In this document: piece after piece, positions 26,058-35,592 of the stretch
How positions within the stretch are numbered: position 1 is the first letter of the stretch
Layout: each line of letters begins with the position of its first letter
Source of the DNA: a virus
Taxonomy: Duplodnaviria > Caudoviricetes
Reading direction: 5' to 3' (one strand)
IMG/VR virus record: IMGVR_UViG_3300050035_000720
Coordinates: 1 to 56,095 of that record
Length of the DNA stretch: 56,095 nt
Program-made: the position numbers and the translations under genes
Notes under the pieces: generated by a model
Database searches by the model: none
Seen by the model: the letters and a program-made list of their open reading frames with translations, nothing else
Told to the model about the DNA's origin: nothing

Positions 26058-28696
26058 CAGTTATAAATAGCTCCTGTCCCGCTGAGAAACCTAGCGGGAG
26101 TAATTGACTGCGCTGCGCTTTGTGCTGACTCTCCGCCAGCATTAACAGCAGTCACAGAGTAGTAGACCGTCACACCAAAGTTTGCCGCGGCGTCGACGTA
26201 AAACAGGTTAGTGACGCCGGTTGAATAGATCGTCATATTTCCTGCACTGTAGCCTTTGTAAATGTTGTACGATGTCGCACCAGGAACTGCAGGCCACGTC
26301 AAGAACGGTAATCCGGTCGGACTGATCATGGCACTCGCCACATTGCCATTTCCCGGCACTGCGCCGCCTAGCAGTGTCACAACAGGCGAAGACGGAATAA
26401 GTATCGAAGCAGCAGAATAGTCGACCGTGTACGGGCTGCAGTTGCCTGCAGCGTCACTCGATCGAGCACGGTAATAGTAAGTCGTGCCCGGGATCGGTGT
26501 CGTATCGGTATATGTTCCTGCTGATAGTGCTACAGAGGCGATTTGAGCAAACACGTTGCCATCAATTGATCGCTCAATCAGCACATTTTGAGTACAAGCT
26601 GTCACCGGGGTAGTCGACCATGAGACTATAACGTTTCCAGCAGCTGCGCCAGTAAACGATAGGCTTGACGGCGGCTTAGGTCCACACACCCAAATATCGG
26701 TCCAAACGCTTTGAGTGATTCCTCCTGCTCCAATAGCAGTCAGATTGACGCGATTATCTCCGGGCAAAGTTGGTGTAAGCGCTGCGGATCCACTTGCTGT
26801 CACTGTGCCTATTCCATTGTCGATAGTCACGGTGGTCGGACTGTTGAGTACTCCCCATGCGACTTCTGAAGTTTGGCCGGCATTGATGCTTGACGGCGTA
26901 GCTGTAATTGTTGGATCCGGACCTGGGCCCTGCAGAGAGAATGTCGGCGGCATACTGCCCGGAAGACATCCAGCGGTTGAGTCTAGGTTCAAATAGATTC
27001 CTATTGGGCCGCCGTTATGCTGATAGTAAACAGCAATTCCAGCATTTACAGTACTAGCAGCTGCAGACGACGAGTAAGGAACGAAGTGGCCCGGTGCATC
27101 GAATATGTATCTTCCCTCGCCACTGGCAGGAGCGAAAGCGTGGCCGGGCAGTGGGTTGAACGTTCCTGGCACCGTGGTGATCTTAAACGCCTGGTCAACG
27201 GATGTTTTCTCGTCGCTCCAGTTGATGCCGAATCCAGCATTATTGTTATACTGAAAGCTTCCGCCGCAGCAGGTGATTAGATATGTCCCTGCAGTGAAAT
27301 TCTCTCCGCCTTCGAACCAGTTAATCATGCCGTCGAGCGACGGAAACAAAAGTGTTGGATCTACCGTTACAGTCGCCGAAGCAGTGATGTTCCCCGGCTG
27401 CGCTGTGAGCGTCCACGTTTCGGTCGTGAGCGGGTAAACCTGTAATGACCCCACAGGTCCCACTGCGCCAATTCCCTGGTCGATACTTTGGCTTATTGTG
27501 CCGGTACAGAACCAGCTTAGTGCTGCACCGGTTGAGATATTAGCACAGGTGAGCAGTGTCGTCGTAACACCAGCGCTCGGCGTAATACCTAGGCAAACGA
27601 GCTGCGCTGGGATTGTAATTGTCACCTGTGCCGTCGATGTGCCACCGGGGCCTATCGCGGTAATCGTATAAATCACGGTCGAGATTGGTGATACCTGGCA
27701 AGCGCCGACCAAATTGTTTGGTAGCGGAGCATAGTAATCAAGAACACTCACCGGCGCATCGATGTTGCCGATTGCGTACAAAAGGTTGCTGCCAATGACA
27801 GCCCCGGGCGCATTGATTATGCCTATCAGTGTTCCAACAACGAGCGTCCCGTTATCCAGCGTGCAGGTCGGTATACCGTCTATCGCGCCCCATTTAATCT
27901 CCCAGTTTAGCGGAGTTCCGTTTAGCTCGTATGACTGAAAGTTCCCGCAGCCAATCACCAGATTGCCATCAAAAAGTATGGTTGGAGGTTGAGGGCAATT
28001 TAAGCAAACACTTGTAATATTGTTGAAAGCAGAACTGCGACCCGTAACGAACTCTGGGGTTACAGCAACACCTGCCGCATAAGAAGAAGTAGAATATTGG
28101 CCACTTATTTCTCCATCGTCACCGTTTATTACAACATTGCTTGTTGATACATATCCAGGAAGAGGACTTTCAGTAACTCCTCCACCCCATGAAGCAAGAT
28201 ATGTTGCGATATAGGAATTGTTATATGCTGGAGTTATAGAACCAATTGGATCAATCCCGTAACCTGAATACACAGAATTCGAGACTGTCGCAATTGGGAG
28301 AATCGGGCTCCCGTTGTTAGTAAAGTAATAGGTGTCGCAAAGCCAACTAAAATCCCCTGCTGTTGCTGTCAGAGTAACTGCTGCTGTATAGCTCCCACTG
28401 ACCGGTACGGCAGCAGACCATACTTCTTGGTCATCCTGAGTGTTTGTGGGTGGTTGACTAGGAACTAGACTACCGAGCGGAGGAAATAGACTAGCTGATA
28501 ATTTCGTCCAGATAAGCCCTGGTGTTTGAATATTTAGGACGGACGGAGCATTAGAAACGCCGCTTGCAGGTAACGTTATACAAAGAATTGCAAGCCGATT
28601 TGCGCCCGTTGTGGAAAAGTTGGCACTAAAGGAACTTGCGTTCCCCTGCACTATTGGCCCAGGATTACTTGTATCTAGCAAAAGAGCAGACGACAT
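26057..28696 (-). CDS. Ig-like/fibronectin type III repeat virion protein
   Basis: YTITAIGPGG and TITATPSSINAGQTSEVAW Ig-like repeats; FN3 motifs IERS..YTDT..TYYYRAR and VYYSVTAVNAGGES. Confidence 0.75.
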   Translation of the reverse strand: MSSALLLDTSNPGPIVQGNASSFSANFSTTGANRLAILCITLPASGVSNAPSVLNIQTPGLIWTKLSASLFPPLGSLVPSQPPTNTQDDQEVWSAAVPVSGSYTAAVTLTATAGDFSWLCDTYYFTNNGSPILPIATVSNSVYSGYGIDPIGSITPAYNNSYIATYLASWGGGVTESPLPGYVSTSNVVINGDDGEISGQYSTSSYAAGVAVTPEFVTGRSSAFNNITSVCLNCPQPPTILFDGNLVIGCGNFQSYELNGTPLNWEIKWGAIDGIPTCTLDNGTLVVGTLIGIINAPGAVIGSNLLYAIGNIDAPVSVLDYYAPLPNNLVGACQVSPISTVIYTITAIGPGGTSTAQVTITIPAQLVCLGITPSAGVTTTLLTCANISTGAALSWFCTGTISQSIDQGIGAVGPVGSLQVYPLTTETWTLTAQPGNITASATVTVDPTLLFPSLDGMINWFEGGENFTAGTYLITCCGGSFQYNNNAGFGINWSDEKTSVDQAFKITTVPGTFNPLPGHAFAPASGEGRYIFDAPGHFVPYSSSAAASTVNAGIAVYYQHNGGPIGIYLNLDSTAGCLPGSMPPTFSLQGPGPDPTITATPSSINAGQTSEVAWGVLNSPTTVTIDNGIGTVTASGSAALTPTLPGDNRVNLTAIGAGGITQSVWTDIWVCGPKPPSSLSFTGAAAGNVIVSWSTTPVTACTQNVLIERSIDGNVFAQIASVALSAGTYTDTTPIPGTTYYYRARSSDAAGNCSPYTVDYSAASILIPSSPVVTLLGGAVPGNGNVASAMISPTGLPFLTWPAVPGATSYNIYKGYSAGNMTIYSTGVTNLFYVDAAANFGVTVYYSVTAVNAGGESAQSAAQSITPARFLSGTGAIYN

Positions 28697-28728
28697 GATT
28701 AATCTATCTTAATATTTTCTCGGCCAAT

Positions 28729-28761
28729 AAAACTAACCGCAACGGTGCATATACTATACGT
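28729..28761 (+). promoter_or_regulatory. 33-bp promoter/operator element, copy 2
   Basis: AAAACTAACCGCAACGGTGCATATACTATACGT, 21 bp before the antisense moron gene. Confidence 0.7.
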
Positions 28762-28782
28762 AAAGGATATTTTTCAAGCATT

Positions 28783-29085
28783 ATGAAAACAGCATATTGG
28801 CCAATTCTGGCGTTATTCCTGGTTTGTTGTGGCGCATACTTATCTGCTATTCCGTGTCGACGACAAACGCAATCAAGCGATGTGTCGCAATCCTACTTCA
28901 GTCCTGCATCAGATAAAAGTATCGAGAAAGACCAAATCGAGTGGTTGATTAAGGATAGAAATATCGTGCTGGACAAACGGAAGCCTTCTGCCGAACGAGA
29001 CAATGCAAGCGAAAGCTATAACGCTATTTCAAGTCAAATGAAGCAGGGTGTGCTCGCAGCTAATCACTTGCCGCGTAAGATCTAA
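28783..29085 (+). CDS. Exported/membrane-anchored moron protein
   Basis: Signal-like N-terminus MKTAYWPILALFLVCCGAYL; own promoter and AAAGGA RBS; antisense to the structural operon. Confidence 0.7.
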   Translation: MKTAYWPILALFLVCCGAYLSAIPCRRQTQSSDVSQSYFSPASDKSIEKDQIEWLIKDRNIVLDKRKPSAERDNASESYNAISSQMKQGVLAANHLPRKI

Positions 29086-29132
29086 TCTTCGCTTGAATAG
29101 CCAGCGGTATAACCGTCTCAAAAAGGTCTCTT

Positions 29133-29276
29133 TCATTCTACTGGTGTCCATTTGTCCCTTGTAGTTGCTCGCCAGAACAACTTTCCACAAACCTTACATT
29201 TCTGCTCACACCCGAACAAAAAATTGTTAAACTCATGGCAGTTAAAAATTGTGCATAGTAACAGATGTAGTGTCAT
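29133..29276 (-). CDS. 47-aa Cys/His zinc-ribbon protein (not in the ORF track)
   Basis: MTLHLLLCTIFNCHEF...CKVCGK...; RBS GAAGG; LC..F.H...CxxCG pattern seen in small prophage proteins. Confidence 0.6.
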   Translation of the reverse strand: MTLHLLLCTIFNCHEFNNFLFGCEQKCKVCGKLFWRATTRDKWTPVE

Positions 29277-29457
29277 TAAGTACCTTCGTATAATTGTGTA
29301 TACTTGTGAACGCTATCACGCATTCGGATTAGTCTGACTAATCTGAGTCGGGTTGACGCCGGTAAGTGGCTGAATGTTACGTGCAAAGATCGCACGATAG
29401 GCATGCGGCCGCAATGCCGCCATCGGTGCTCATTGCTAATCACCTACCGCGTAAGAT

Positions 29458-30195
29458 TTAACTTGTATGCTGCTCTCGGTCGCCAGTGTTCGGTGTCGTT
29501 ACCGCTGAATACCTAAGCACATTAGCAATATCTGTATCGCTGCGGAACACACGACCGAGGCAGTCGGATCCTATGCGCAAATATTCGGTATCGAAATCTT
29601 TTCCTCTTGCCTGCAGTTCTGGGCTGTCTCGACGCTGCAGTAATAACTTCGCACATACACCTACCGACAAGGCGTAATGCAGATCTGCGGGAAACTGTGG
29701 TGTATCGGTGCTGGAAACCAACGCTTGCGGAGTTACCAGTACAGAGCCGGCTACTGTAGCAATAGACGGAGGCGGTGCGCTAAGTCTCACACCCTCGAGG
29801 AAATCGTAATAGTAAAGCGGATATCCTGTCGTCGGACAGGCAAGCTGTGTCGGATCCCAGTTCGATATCGCTCCTCTGCTGGCATAATTCATCTGAGTTC
29901 CTGCATAACTCATGCTAAGTGCTGCGAACGGCACGTTGCCAGAGACTATGCTGCATGTCCACAGAGACCATTTTGCAAGGAACGCACCAGCTGGCCACGC
30001 ATACGAAGCATAGTCTTCAATCGGACAATAACTGCGGGCAAAGTCATCCTGCAGCTCGTTGATGTACGATGTCAAAACCGTATCGGTCGGCGTCGTCGGA
30101 GTACCCGACGTGCCAGGCATAAGCGCGAACTGGTTCGTATTCAACACTCGCCCGAGTCGGGTCAGTATGTCATTTTGCAGCTGTCCTAAGTTCAC
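29458..30195 (-). CDS. Head-tail adaptor (tail tubular protein A-like), paralogue 2
   Basis: MNLGQLQNDILTRL...GYPLYY...DTPQFPADLHYALSVG. Confidence 0.65.
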   Translation of the reverse strand: MNLGQLQNDILTRLGRVLNTNQFALMPGTSGTPTTPTDTVLTSYINELQDDFARSYCPIEDYASYAWPAGAFLAKWSLWTCSIVSGNVPFAALSMSYAGTQMNYASRGAISNWDPTQLACPTTGYPLYYYDFLEGVRLSAPPPSIATVAGSVLVTPQALVSSTDTPQFPADLHYALSVGVCAKLLLQRRDSPELQARGKDFDTEYLRIGSDCLGRVFRSDTDIANVLRYSAVTTPNTGDREQHTS

Positions 30196-30503
30196 AGCCA
30201 GATCCCCACAACCTGAATAGCAAGCGTACTATTGACAGGGTCATTTGTCACATCGGCAACGCCAGTCGGTGCCGTCAATGTCTCTGTCGTGCGGATTGTC
30301 GCGTACCACGTTCCGACAACTCCGGTCGATGGAACTGCAGGGGTGATGATGTTGCCCTGCCCGTCTGTGACGGCTGCTACGGCTGCGGTGCCCTGCCCTA
30401 CACGGCAGTTCGGGAATACGATAGGCTGACCATTGCTGACGTCCACGAGAGAAGCCAGTAAGCTTGTTTGAGATGTGCTTGACCAATAATAAGTGTTTGT
30501 CAT
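30192..30503 (-). CDS. Hypothetical virion-associated protein
   Basis: ATGA-coupled to both neighbours. Confidence 0.65.
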   Translation of the reverse strand: MTNTYYWSSTSQTSLLASLVDVSNGQPIVFPNCRVGQGTAAVAAVTDGQGNIITPAVPSTGVVGTWYATIRTTETLTAPTGVADVTNDPVNSTLAIQVVGIWL

Positions 30504-31777
30504 GTTGCTTGCTCTTGTTGAGATGTTGAGAGAACGTAATTCCAGTAGTTAAACTTCTGCAGCCAGCCTGAAATTTGCGCTCCACCGACACTGTTGCATC
30601 CGAGGTTAAGCAAGGTCGGAGTGTTCGCGACAGCACCACTCGCCTGAGTGGTCGGAACGGCCGCATCGAGTGTTGCAGAGAACGAGGGAGCGGTCGAGTA
30701 CGAGAGCAAAGCTCGCTGAAGATTACCGGGTGAAAGTGTGCCGATATTCGCGGTGAACTCTGTAGTCGAAGCGTTGACAGCAAGGGCAGATATGTTGCTT
30801 GTTGAGCAGTAAAGTTGGTAGCCGTTCGTGCCGCTTGGGCCGGAGAGCTGCATTGCGCATTGAGAAGACCCAAAACTGATTGCCTGTGGCACCCACTCTA
30901 CCTCCAGTGTTCCTGCGCTGCTGTTAAACCAGGTTAATGAACTAGTTGAAAGTACGTCTGATGCGCGGGTAACGGTGCTGCCTGCAGTAGGGATGTAACT
31001 TGTGGCAAAAGATAGGTTTTCGTACTGGGGTTGCGAGATATAAAATGATCCGTTATTTTGCGCGTTCGTAAATGAGCCCGACCAAAATCCAGCAGAAGAT
31101 CCCGTATGCCCTGCATTAATAGTCCATGTGATCGTGATTCTGTAGATGCCGTTGCTGATAAATTGTATGGTAGAAGTTGTTCCTGTACCATTTGCTGTCG
31201 CTGTACCTGCACCTACTAACGTAAATGTGCCGTAATTAAGCTGATTGTTATTATCAAATATAGTAACACTGGTTGATGTTCCAGCTTGCACATAGGCTGA
31301 AGCTGTCCATGTTGTTCCCGGGGTTACAATGATTTGCTGTAAAATATATGCCCACTTCGCAGTGGACTGTAATAGGTACATGTAAGATGCATTGTCAGGA
31401 CTCAAAATAGATGAGAGAGCGCATGTTGCAGCTTGCATCGACCACGGTGCTGAAAGCATGTTTGTAGAGTATAGGAACGCATTAGTGCTCTGCGCCTCCA
31501 TAAGCAGCCCATTGCACGAAAGCGTGGCAGGGTTGTAATCAATTCGTGGCGTGTTGATCGCCGCAGATGTGAGTACACCTGCGCTATTGTAATAATAGCC
31601 GACCGAAGCACGGGAAAAACCTGAGGCCAAAGACGCCCCAAGTGTTCCTGACATACTACCAAGCGCATTGAAGTTTGCAGTTGTTGCCGGAAGTGCCGGT
31701 ACTGTCACTCCTGCGAGGCTGAAGTACGGGACATATTTCGTCCCGCACTTCATCATAGTTAAGATAGGAGCAGTCAT
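30500..31777 (-). CDS. Spike/fibre protein with lectin/CBM-like domains
   Basis: FSRAS..YYNSAGVL..NTPRIDY..GLLMEAQSTN and ATSYIPTAGSTVTRASD motifs, common in phage spike proteins. Confidence 0.7.
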   Translation of the reverse strand: MTAPILTMMKCGTKYVPYFSLAGVTVPALPATTANFNALGSMSGTLGASLASGFSRASVGYYYNSAGVLTSAAINTPRIDYNPATLSCNGLLMEAQSTNAFLYSTNMLSAPWSMQAATCALSSILSPDNASYMYLLQSTAKWAYILQQIIVTPGTTWTASAYVQAGTSTSVTIFDNNNQLNYGTFTLVGAGTATANGTGTTSTIQFISNGIYRITITWTINAGHTGSSAGFWSGSFTNAQNNGSFYISQPQYENLSFATSYIPTAGSTVTRASDVLSTSSLTWFNSSAGTLEVEWVPQAISFGSSQCAMQLSGPSGTNGYQLYCSTSNISALAVNASTTEFTANIGTLSPGNLQRALLSYSTAPSFSATLDAAVPTTQASGAVANTPTLLNLGCNSVGGAQISGWLQKFNYWNYVLSTSQQEQAT

Positions 31778-31780
31778 TGT

Positions 31781-32905
31781 TTACGCTCCAGACCAGCTAA
31801 ACCAATCCGAAGCCGTGCCGTTGAAGTACACAGTGTTTAAATTCACACCGGCAGGGATTACTATTGATGTTGAAGCAGCGCAATAAGCGCCTGTGCCTGT
31901 GCCGCCTACAGTGTTGTTTACACCAGCTACACCGATAGTACTCACTATCGAGTTGGACGGCCCCGCTGTACAAATAACAAACGACTGTACAACGTAAGAA
32001 ACGCTTGTCATTTGTACGGCCGTGCCGGTCGTAACTACTGTTTTCTGACCTGTCTGAAATACTGCCGGCAACACAGGCGGCAGGTTCGTAGCCGGGTCTA
32101 TCTGTACAGTAGTCAGTGAAACGTCCGGCGTAGAGCTTGTGACAAGGACGATTGAAACCGACGACGAACCTGTAATCTGCGTAGCAAGCCTGACACGAAA
32201 TTGTGCAAATGGCGGCGGCGATGCCGTCCACATTTGAGTGAGACCAGATGTACCGGACAGGTTGTATACCAGGTTCGTATTCGGAGAGTTAATCTGAGCA
32301 ATTCGTAGGTTAAACCAGTTTGAGCCATCGTACACCTCGAAGATTAGCTGCCCTGCTGTAAGCGTACCGGCGCTGCAGGTGACTGTTACACCAACAGTGT
32401 CCATACCAGACGTGTTTGCGGTCAGCGCCGTGTTGGCGGCGGTAGCGGAAGTCCAAGTTACAGTTTGCGGAGCGAGAAAAGCATCTGCAAAATAGAGAGG
32501 ACCGTACGGCGTATTTCCCGCGTCTCCAATACCGGTGAATAGAGACGTGTTTACTCGTCCAAAGCCATAGACTTCGCCAGCAGTTAGTGGGATACCATTA
32601 GCATCAGCAGTAATTAACAGGTTCTCGCCAAGGCCAAAGTTTACGGACTGGCTAAAGAACCCTAGGAAACCAATTGCCGTAGCCGGCAACGCAGCACCGT
32701 ATGCCATCGTAAACGTAAAAGGTGTCGTAATTGTGAAATTGTAACTGAGGCTTGCCCCGACCTGCTGACCTTGTCTGTCAACAAAGATTCCCTTCATTGT
32801 GCCTGAAGCTTGCGGGTAAAACGAGAATGCACCAATATCAGGCGTCACGCCTGATAAATCGGCAACTCGGCCCTGGAGTTCAAGAGTAGAAACTGAATTA
32901 GTCAT
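31781..32905 (-). CDS. Putative virion structural protein (beta-sandwich domains)
   Basis: T/G/S/V-rich; FEVYDGSNWF...FRVRL; ATG at 32905 follows the upstream stop. Confidence 0.6.
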   Translation of the reverse strand: MTNSVSTLELQGRVADLSGVTPDIGAFSFYPQASGTMKGIFVDRQGQQVGASLSYNFTITTPFTFTMAYGAALPATAIGFLGFFSQSVNFGLGENLLITADANGIPLTAGEVYGFGRVNTSLFTGIGDAGNTPYGPLYFADAFLAPQTVTWTSATAANTALTANTSGMDTVGVTVTCSAGTLTAGQLIFEVYDGSNWFNLRIAQINSPNTNLVYNLSGTSGLTQMWTASPPPFAQFRVRLATQITGSSSVSIVLVTSSTPDVSLTTVQIDPATNLPPVLPAVFQTGQKTVVTTGTAVQMTSVSYVVQSFVICTAGPSNSIVSTIGVAGVNNTVGGTGTGAYCAASTSIVIPAGVNLNTVYFNGTASDWFSWSGA

Positions 32906-32907
32906 AA

Positions 32908-33669
32908 TTAAAATCCAATCAGCGGATTTACTACCGCCGTATTGCCGAACCCGCCGTCCCACCAAGACGAGTACTCGTCGGCGTAAGCTGGAAGATTTGC
33001 GGCTGAGTTGTCGCCAATTCGATCCTGATAAGCCTGCTGCATCTGCTCACGGTACTCTTTCTCGAAGCCCTTAAGCCTGCGCATATTCCAGTCGGTAGGG
33101 TTCTGTTCACAGCGCATAATGCAGCCTTTGAGCACGACAAGGTCATGCAGATCGGTAGGCAGTGGACACTCTGCCGTAGGCGATGCCCAGCTGAGACCAG
33201 GAAGAATTGCGCCCTCCATGAACATTCCTGCAGGTGGTGGTCCTGCCGATGCGGTTGCACTGAAATTAGGTACCGGCCAAAGCGCGAAAGATGAAATTCC
33301 AAGCACCACATAAAGTTTAGGCAGCGCAGACGCAGGAGCCGAGCGCCATCCTGGGAGCCGCGAGTCCATAGTTTGCGGCTTCACCGGATTTAGCGTATGT
33401 GGATAGCCGTTCACGTCGTAAATGGTCAGTGCGACCTTCTTGTTTAAGATCGCCTGACCAAGTGGAACGGACGTAGGCGAAAGATAAAGAGCCTGGTTAG
33501 CGACTATATTTATGGGGCAAACACCATAGTCAGTTTTCAGCAGCTTGGCAACCTGATTGGCGGAGTTCGTGATGATGTCGTTAAGCTGCATGGGCGAACC
33601 GGACATGGGATCGCCCTTGTACTCGCTGATCCGATCCAGAATTGCCGCCAATATATGTTGCCTGGTCAT
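32908..33669 (-). CDS. Head-tail adaptor, paralogue 1
   Basis: MTRQHILAAILDRI...NQALY...PKLYV..FALWPVP...LPTDLHDLVV. Confidence 0.65.
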   Translation of the reverse strand: MTRQHILAAILDRISEYKGDPMSGSPMQLNDIITNSANQVAKLLKTDYGVCPINIVANQALYLSPTSVPLGQAILNKKVALTIYDVNGYPHTLNPVKPQTMDSRLPGWRSAPASALPKLYVVLGISSFALWPVPNFSATASAGPPPAGMFMEGAILPGLSWASPTAECPLPTDLHDLVVLKGCIMRCEQNPTDWNMRRLKGFEKEYREQMQQAYQDRIGDNSAANLPAYADEYSSWWDGGFGNTAVVNPLIGF

Positions 33670-33672
33670 CGC

Positions 33673-34506
33673 TTATTTGACAGCTTCCGGCGCGGTGCGA
33701 GCACCACGAGGCACTTCTGAGGCGATGTCTGCCGTCTGGCCTACTGCAACGTCAACAGGAAGGCCAATAGCGCGAGGATCAACCCATGCAGGTGGAGCAT
33801 CTTCAGGTGCCTGAGTCTTACGCATGCCTGGTCGCTCATTAGAGTAAGAGCCAAACACGCGGCGAGGTTCAAGCTTGACGCCTGCCTTCTCTTTGCTGTT
33901 GCCCTTGCGAACCGTGCGCGGAGTAAGGGCAATGTCTTCGATAGTCAGCGGAGAAATGATCCCGGCGGACACGCCAATTTCATACACCGGACGCGGTATC
34001 TCAATAGGTATCCCTGTCGGAATATACCAATAGGTGCCTGTGTGAACGATCAGCTCATAATGGTCGTGTGTTCCGTCCTGGTAGGATGGTTCCTGCTTGA
34101 TATGCTCAGGTGTAGGTACAGAAACGGTAACAAATGGTTCTCTGTGCAACCTTGCCAGCATATCCTGAGCTGATGGCAGTTCATACTCGTCGTTTAGTGG
34201 CCTGCCATTCCTGCCCTTGCGCTTTTCATCTCGTCCGGCGCGGGTAAGAATTGCATCCTGCGGACTGAGCCAGCCAGCGTTACGCAACTGCTCCATGATC
34301 TTAGGGATAATCGCGTTGATAATGTTCTGTGACGGTGCAGACGTTGCGGTTTCCGCATTTGGGTCGCCTACCTGCTGATTGGCAGGGGCAAAGTATCCTT
34401 CCGCCAGCAGCTGCTGTTTAGCGGCTTCGAGAACGTCGGCAGGGATCGGCTCGGTGTCGATTTTGCTTTCGACAAATGGCGGCCGCTTGATCGGTGTAAT
34501 AGACAA
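33673..34506 (-). CDS. Hypothetical head-associated protein
   Basis: TTG start with AAGGAAG RBS; directly after the capsid gene. Confidence 0.6.
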   Translation of the reverse strand: MSITPIKRPPFVESKIDTEPIPADVLEAAKQQLLAEGYFAPANQQVGDPNAETATSAPSQNIINAIIPKIMEQLRNAGWLSPQDAILTRAGRDEKRKGRNGRPLNDEYELPSAQDMLARLHREPFVTVSVPTPEHIKQEPSYQDGTHDHYELIVHTGTYWYIPTGIPIEIPRPVYEIGVSAGIISPLTIEDIALTPRTVRKGNSKEKAGVKLEPRRVFGSYSNERPGMRKTQAPEDAPPAWVDPRAIGLPVDVAVGQTADIASEVPRGARTAPEAVK

Positions 34507-34535
34507 GGTTTTGCTTCCTTTGCTTTAGAGATTGG

Positions 34536-34569
34536 AAAAGAAAAAGAGCCGCCTGATCGGGCGACTCTT
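34536..34569 (-). terminator. Intrinsic terminator after the major capsid gene
   Basis: AAGAGTCGCC/GGCGGCTCTT stem plus T run on the - strand. Confidence 0.75.
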
Positions 34570-34594
34570 GGAGACGGAGTTCACGAAATATCGC

Positions 34595-35536
34595 TTAGAG
34601 CGTATTCGCGCTTTCAATGCGGTTAACGTATGCCTGGTTTTCAATCGCTCCACCGAACGTGGTCTTCACGGCGATCGTTCCGCGCTGGTTGGCCGCGTCA
34701 GCAACGCCAGAGCTACCCGGCATATGGATGATTAGCTCGAGGGTTTCGCCGGAAATCTCACTCTTGCCAAAAGCGCCATCACCAAAGACAGGAGTACTCA
34801 TGACATTAATCGTCGAGCTGAACGTCACACCCTGCGGAGACATGACAAAGCGGATACCGTACAGGACTCCGGCTTCACCCTGGTAGATGCGCTCCGGATC
34901 GCTATACTCGGCGGACGCCAGCCATTCAGGGATGTTCTCAAGGTCATAAAGGACTTCCGGGCGAATGACTGCGAAGAAGTTCTTTCCGTCCCATGGACGC
35001 GCCCAGTTGAGTTGCAGAGTTCGAACAGATTTTTTAATTTCGACCGATGTCAGAACGTTGCTCTGAATAAGTGCAGAGCGGGAGATTGCTCCGCCGGCAT
35101 ACAGGACGTTGGTACCACTGGACATGAAGTTAGCAGCTACCAGGTCCGGAGTGCGAGCTCCATCAAACGCCAGGCGCTTGGTGCCTTCAGCAATCACATC
35201 GTCGATGCTTGCCCATATCGTTAGATCAGTGAAGCCGATGATACGAGCGTACTGCGAGACACTGATTGGAATGTTCGCTCCGGTCAGCACATCAAGATCG
35301 GGCGTGACGCCCTCGGTGAGTGGTGTGGTATTCGGCGCGAGAATTTCAATCCTGCGAAGGTTGATCACGAGACCGGTATGCTTTTCAATCGGGTGAGGAT
35401 CGCAGAACTGGGTGTGAACAAGCGCAGGGCGCGCCTCTTTCAGAAGTTTAATGTCGTACGCCTGTCGTACTTCGAACGGGAGCGTACCGCCGGTGCCTGG
35501 GGTTGTGCCAGGGCCGTAGCTGATAATGATAGCCAT
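34595..35536 (-). CDS. Major capsid protein, N4-gp56 family
   Basis: LLKEARPALVHTQF, PLTEGVTP, QYARI, IYQGEAGVLYGIRFV, DAANQRGTIAVK; start re-called at 35536 (RBS AAGGGG). Confidence 0.88.
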   Translation of the reverse strand: MAIIISYGPGTTPGTGGTLPFEVRQAYDIKLLKEARPALVHTQFCDPHPIEKHTGLVINLRRIEILAPNTTPLTEGVTPDLDVLTGANIPISVSQYARIIGFTDLTIWASIDDVIAEGTKRLAFDGARTPDLVAANFMSSGTNVLYAGGAISRSALIQSNVLTSVEIKKSVRTLQLNWARPWDGKNFFAVIRPEVLYDLENIPEWLASAEYSDPERIYQGEAGVLYGIRFVMSPQGVTFSSTINVMSTPVFGDGAFGKSEISGETLELIIHMPGSSGVADAANQRGTIAVKTTFGGAIENQAYVNRIESANTL

Positions 35537-35560
35537 AATTACCCCTTGATTTTTGTCGTG

Positions 35561-35591
35561 AAAAAAGGGCCAAGTAGTAATCCTCGGCCCT
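35561..35591 (-). terminator. Terminator-like hairpin between scaffold and capsid genes
   Basis: AGGGCCGAG/CTTGGCCCT stem plus T run. Confidence 0.6.
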
Positions 35592-35592
35592 C

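Noticed and set aside
8711-32905. Diversity-generating retroelement or invertible tail-fibre cassette
   Set aside because: No reverse transcriptase, no template/variable repeat pair and no invertase seen by eye.
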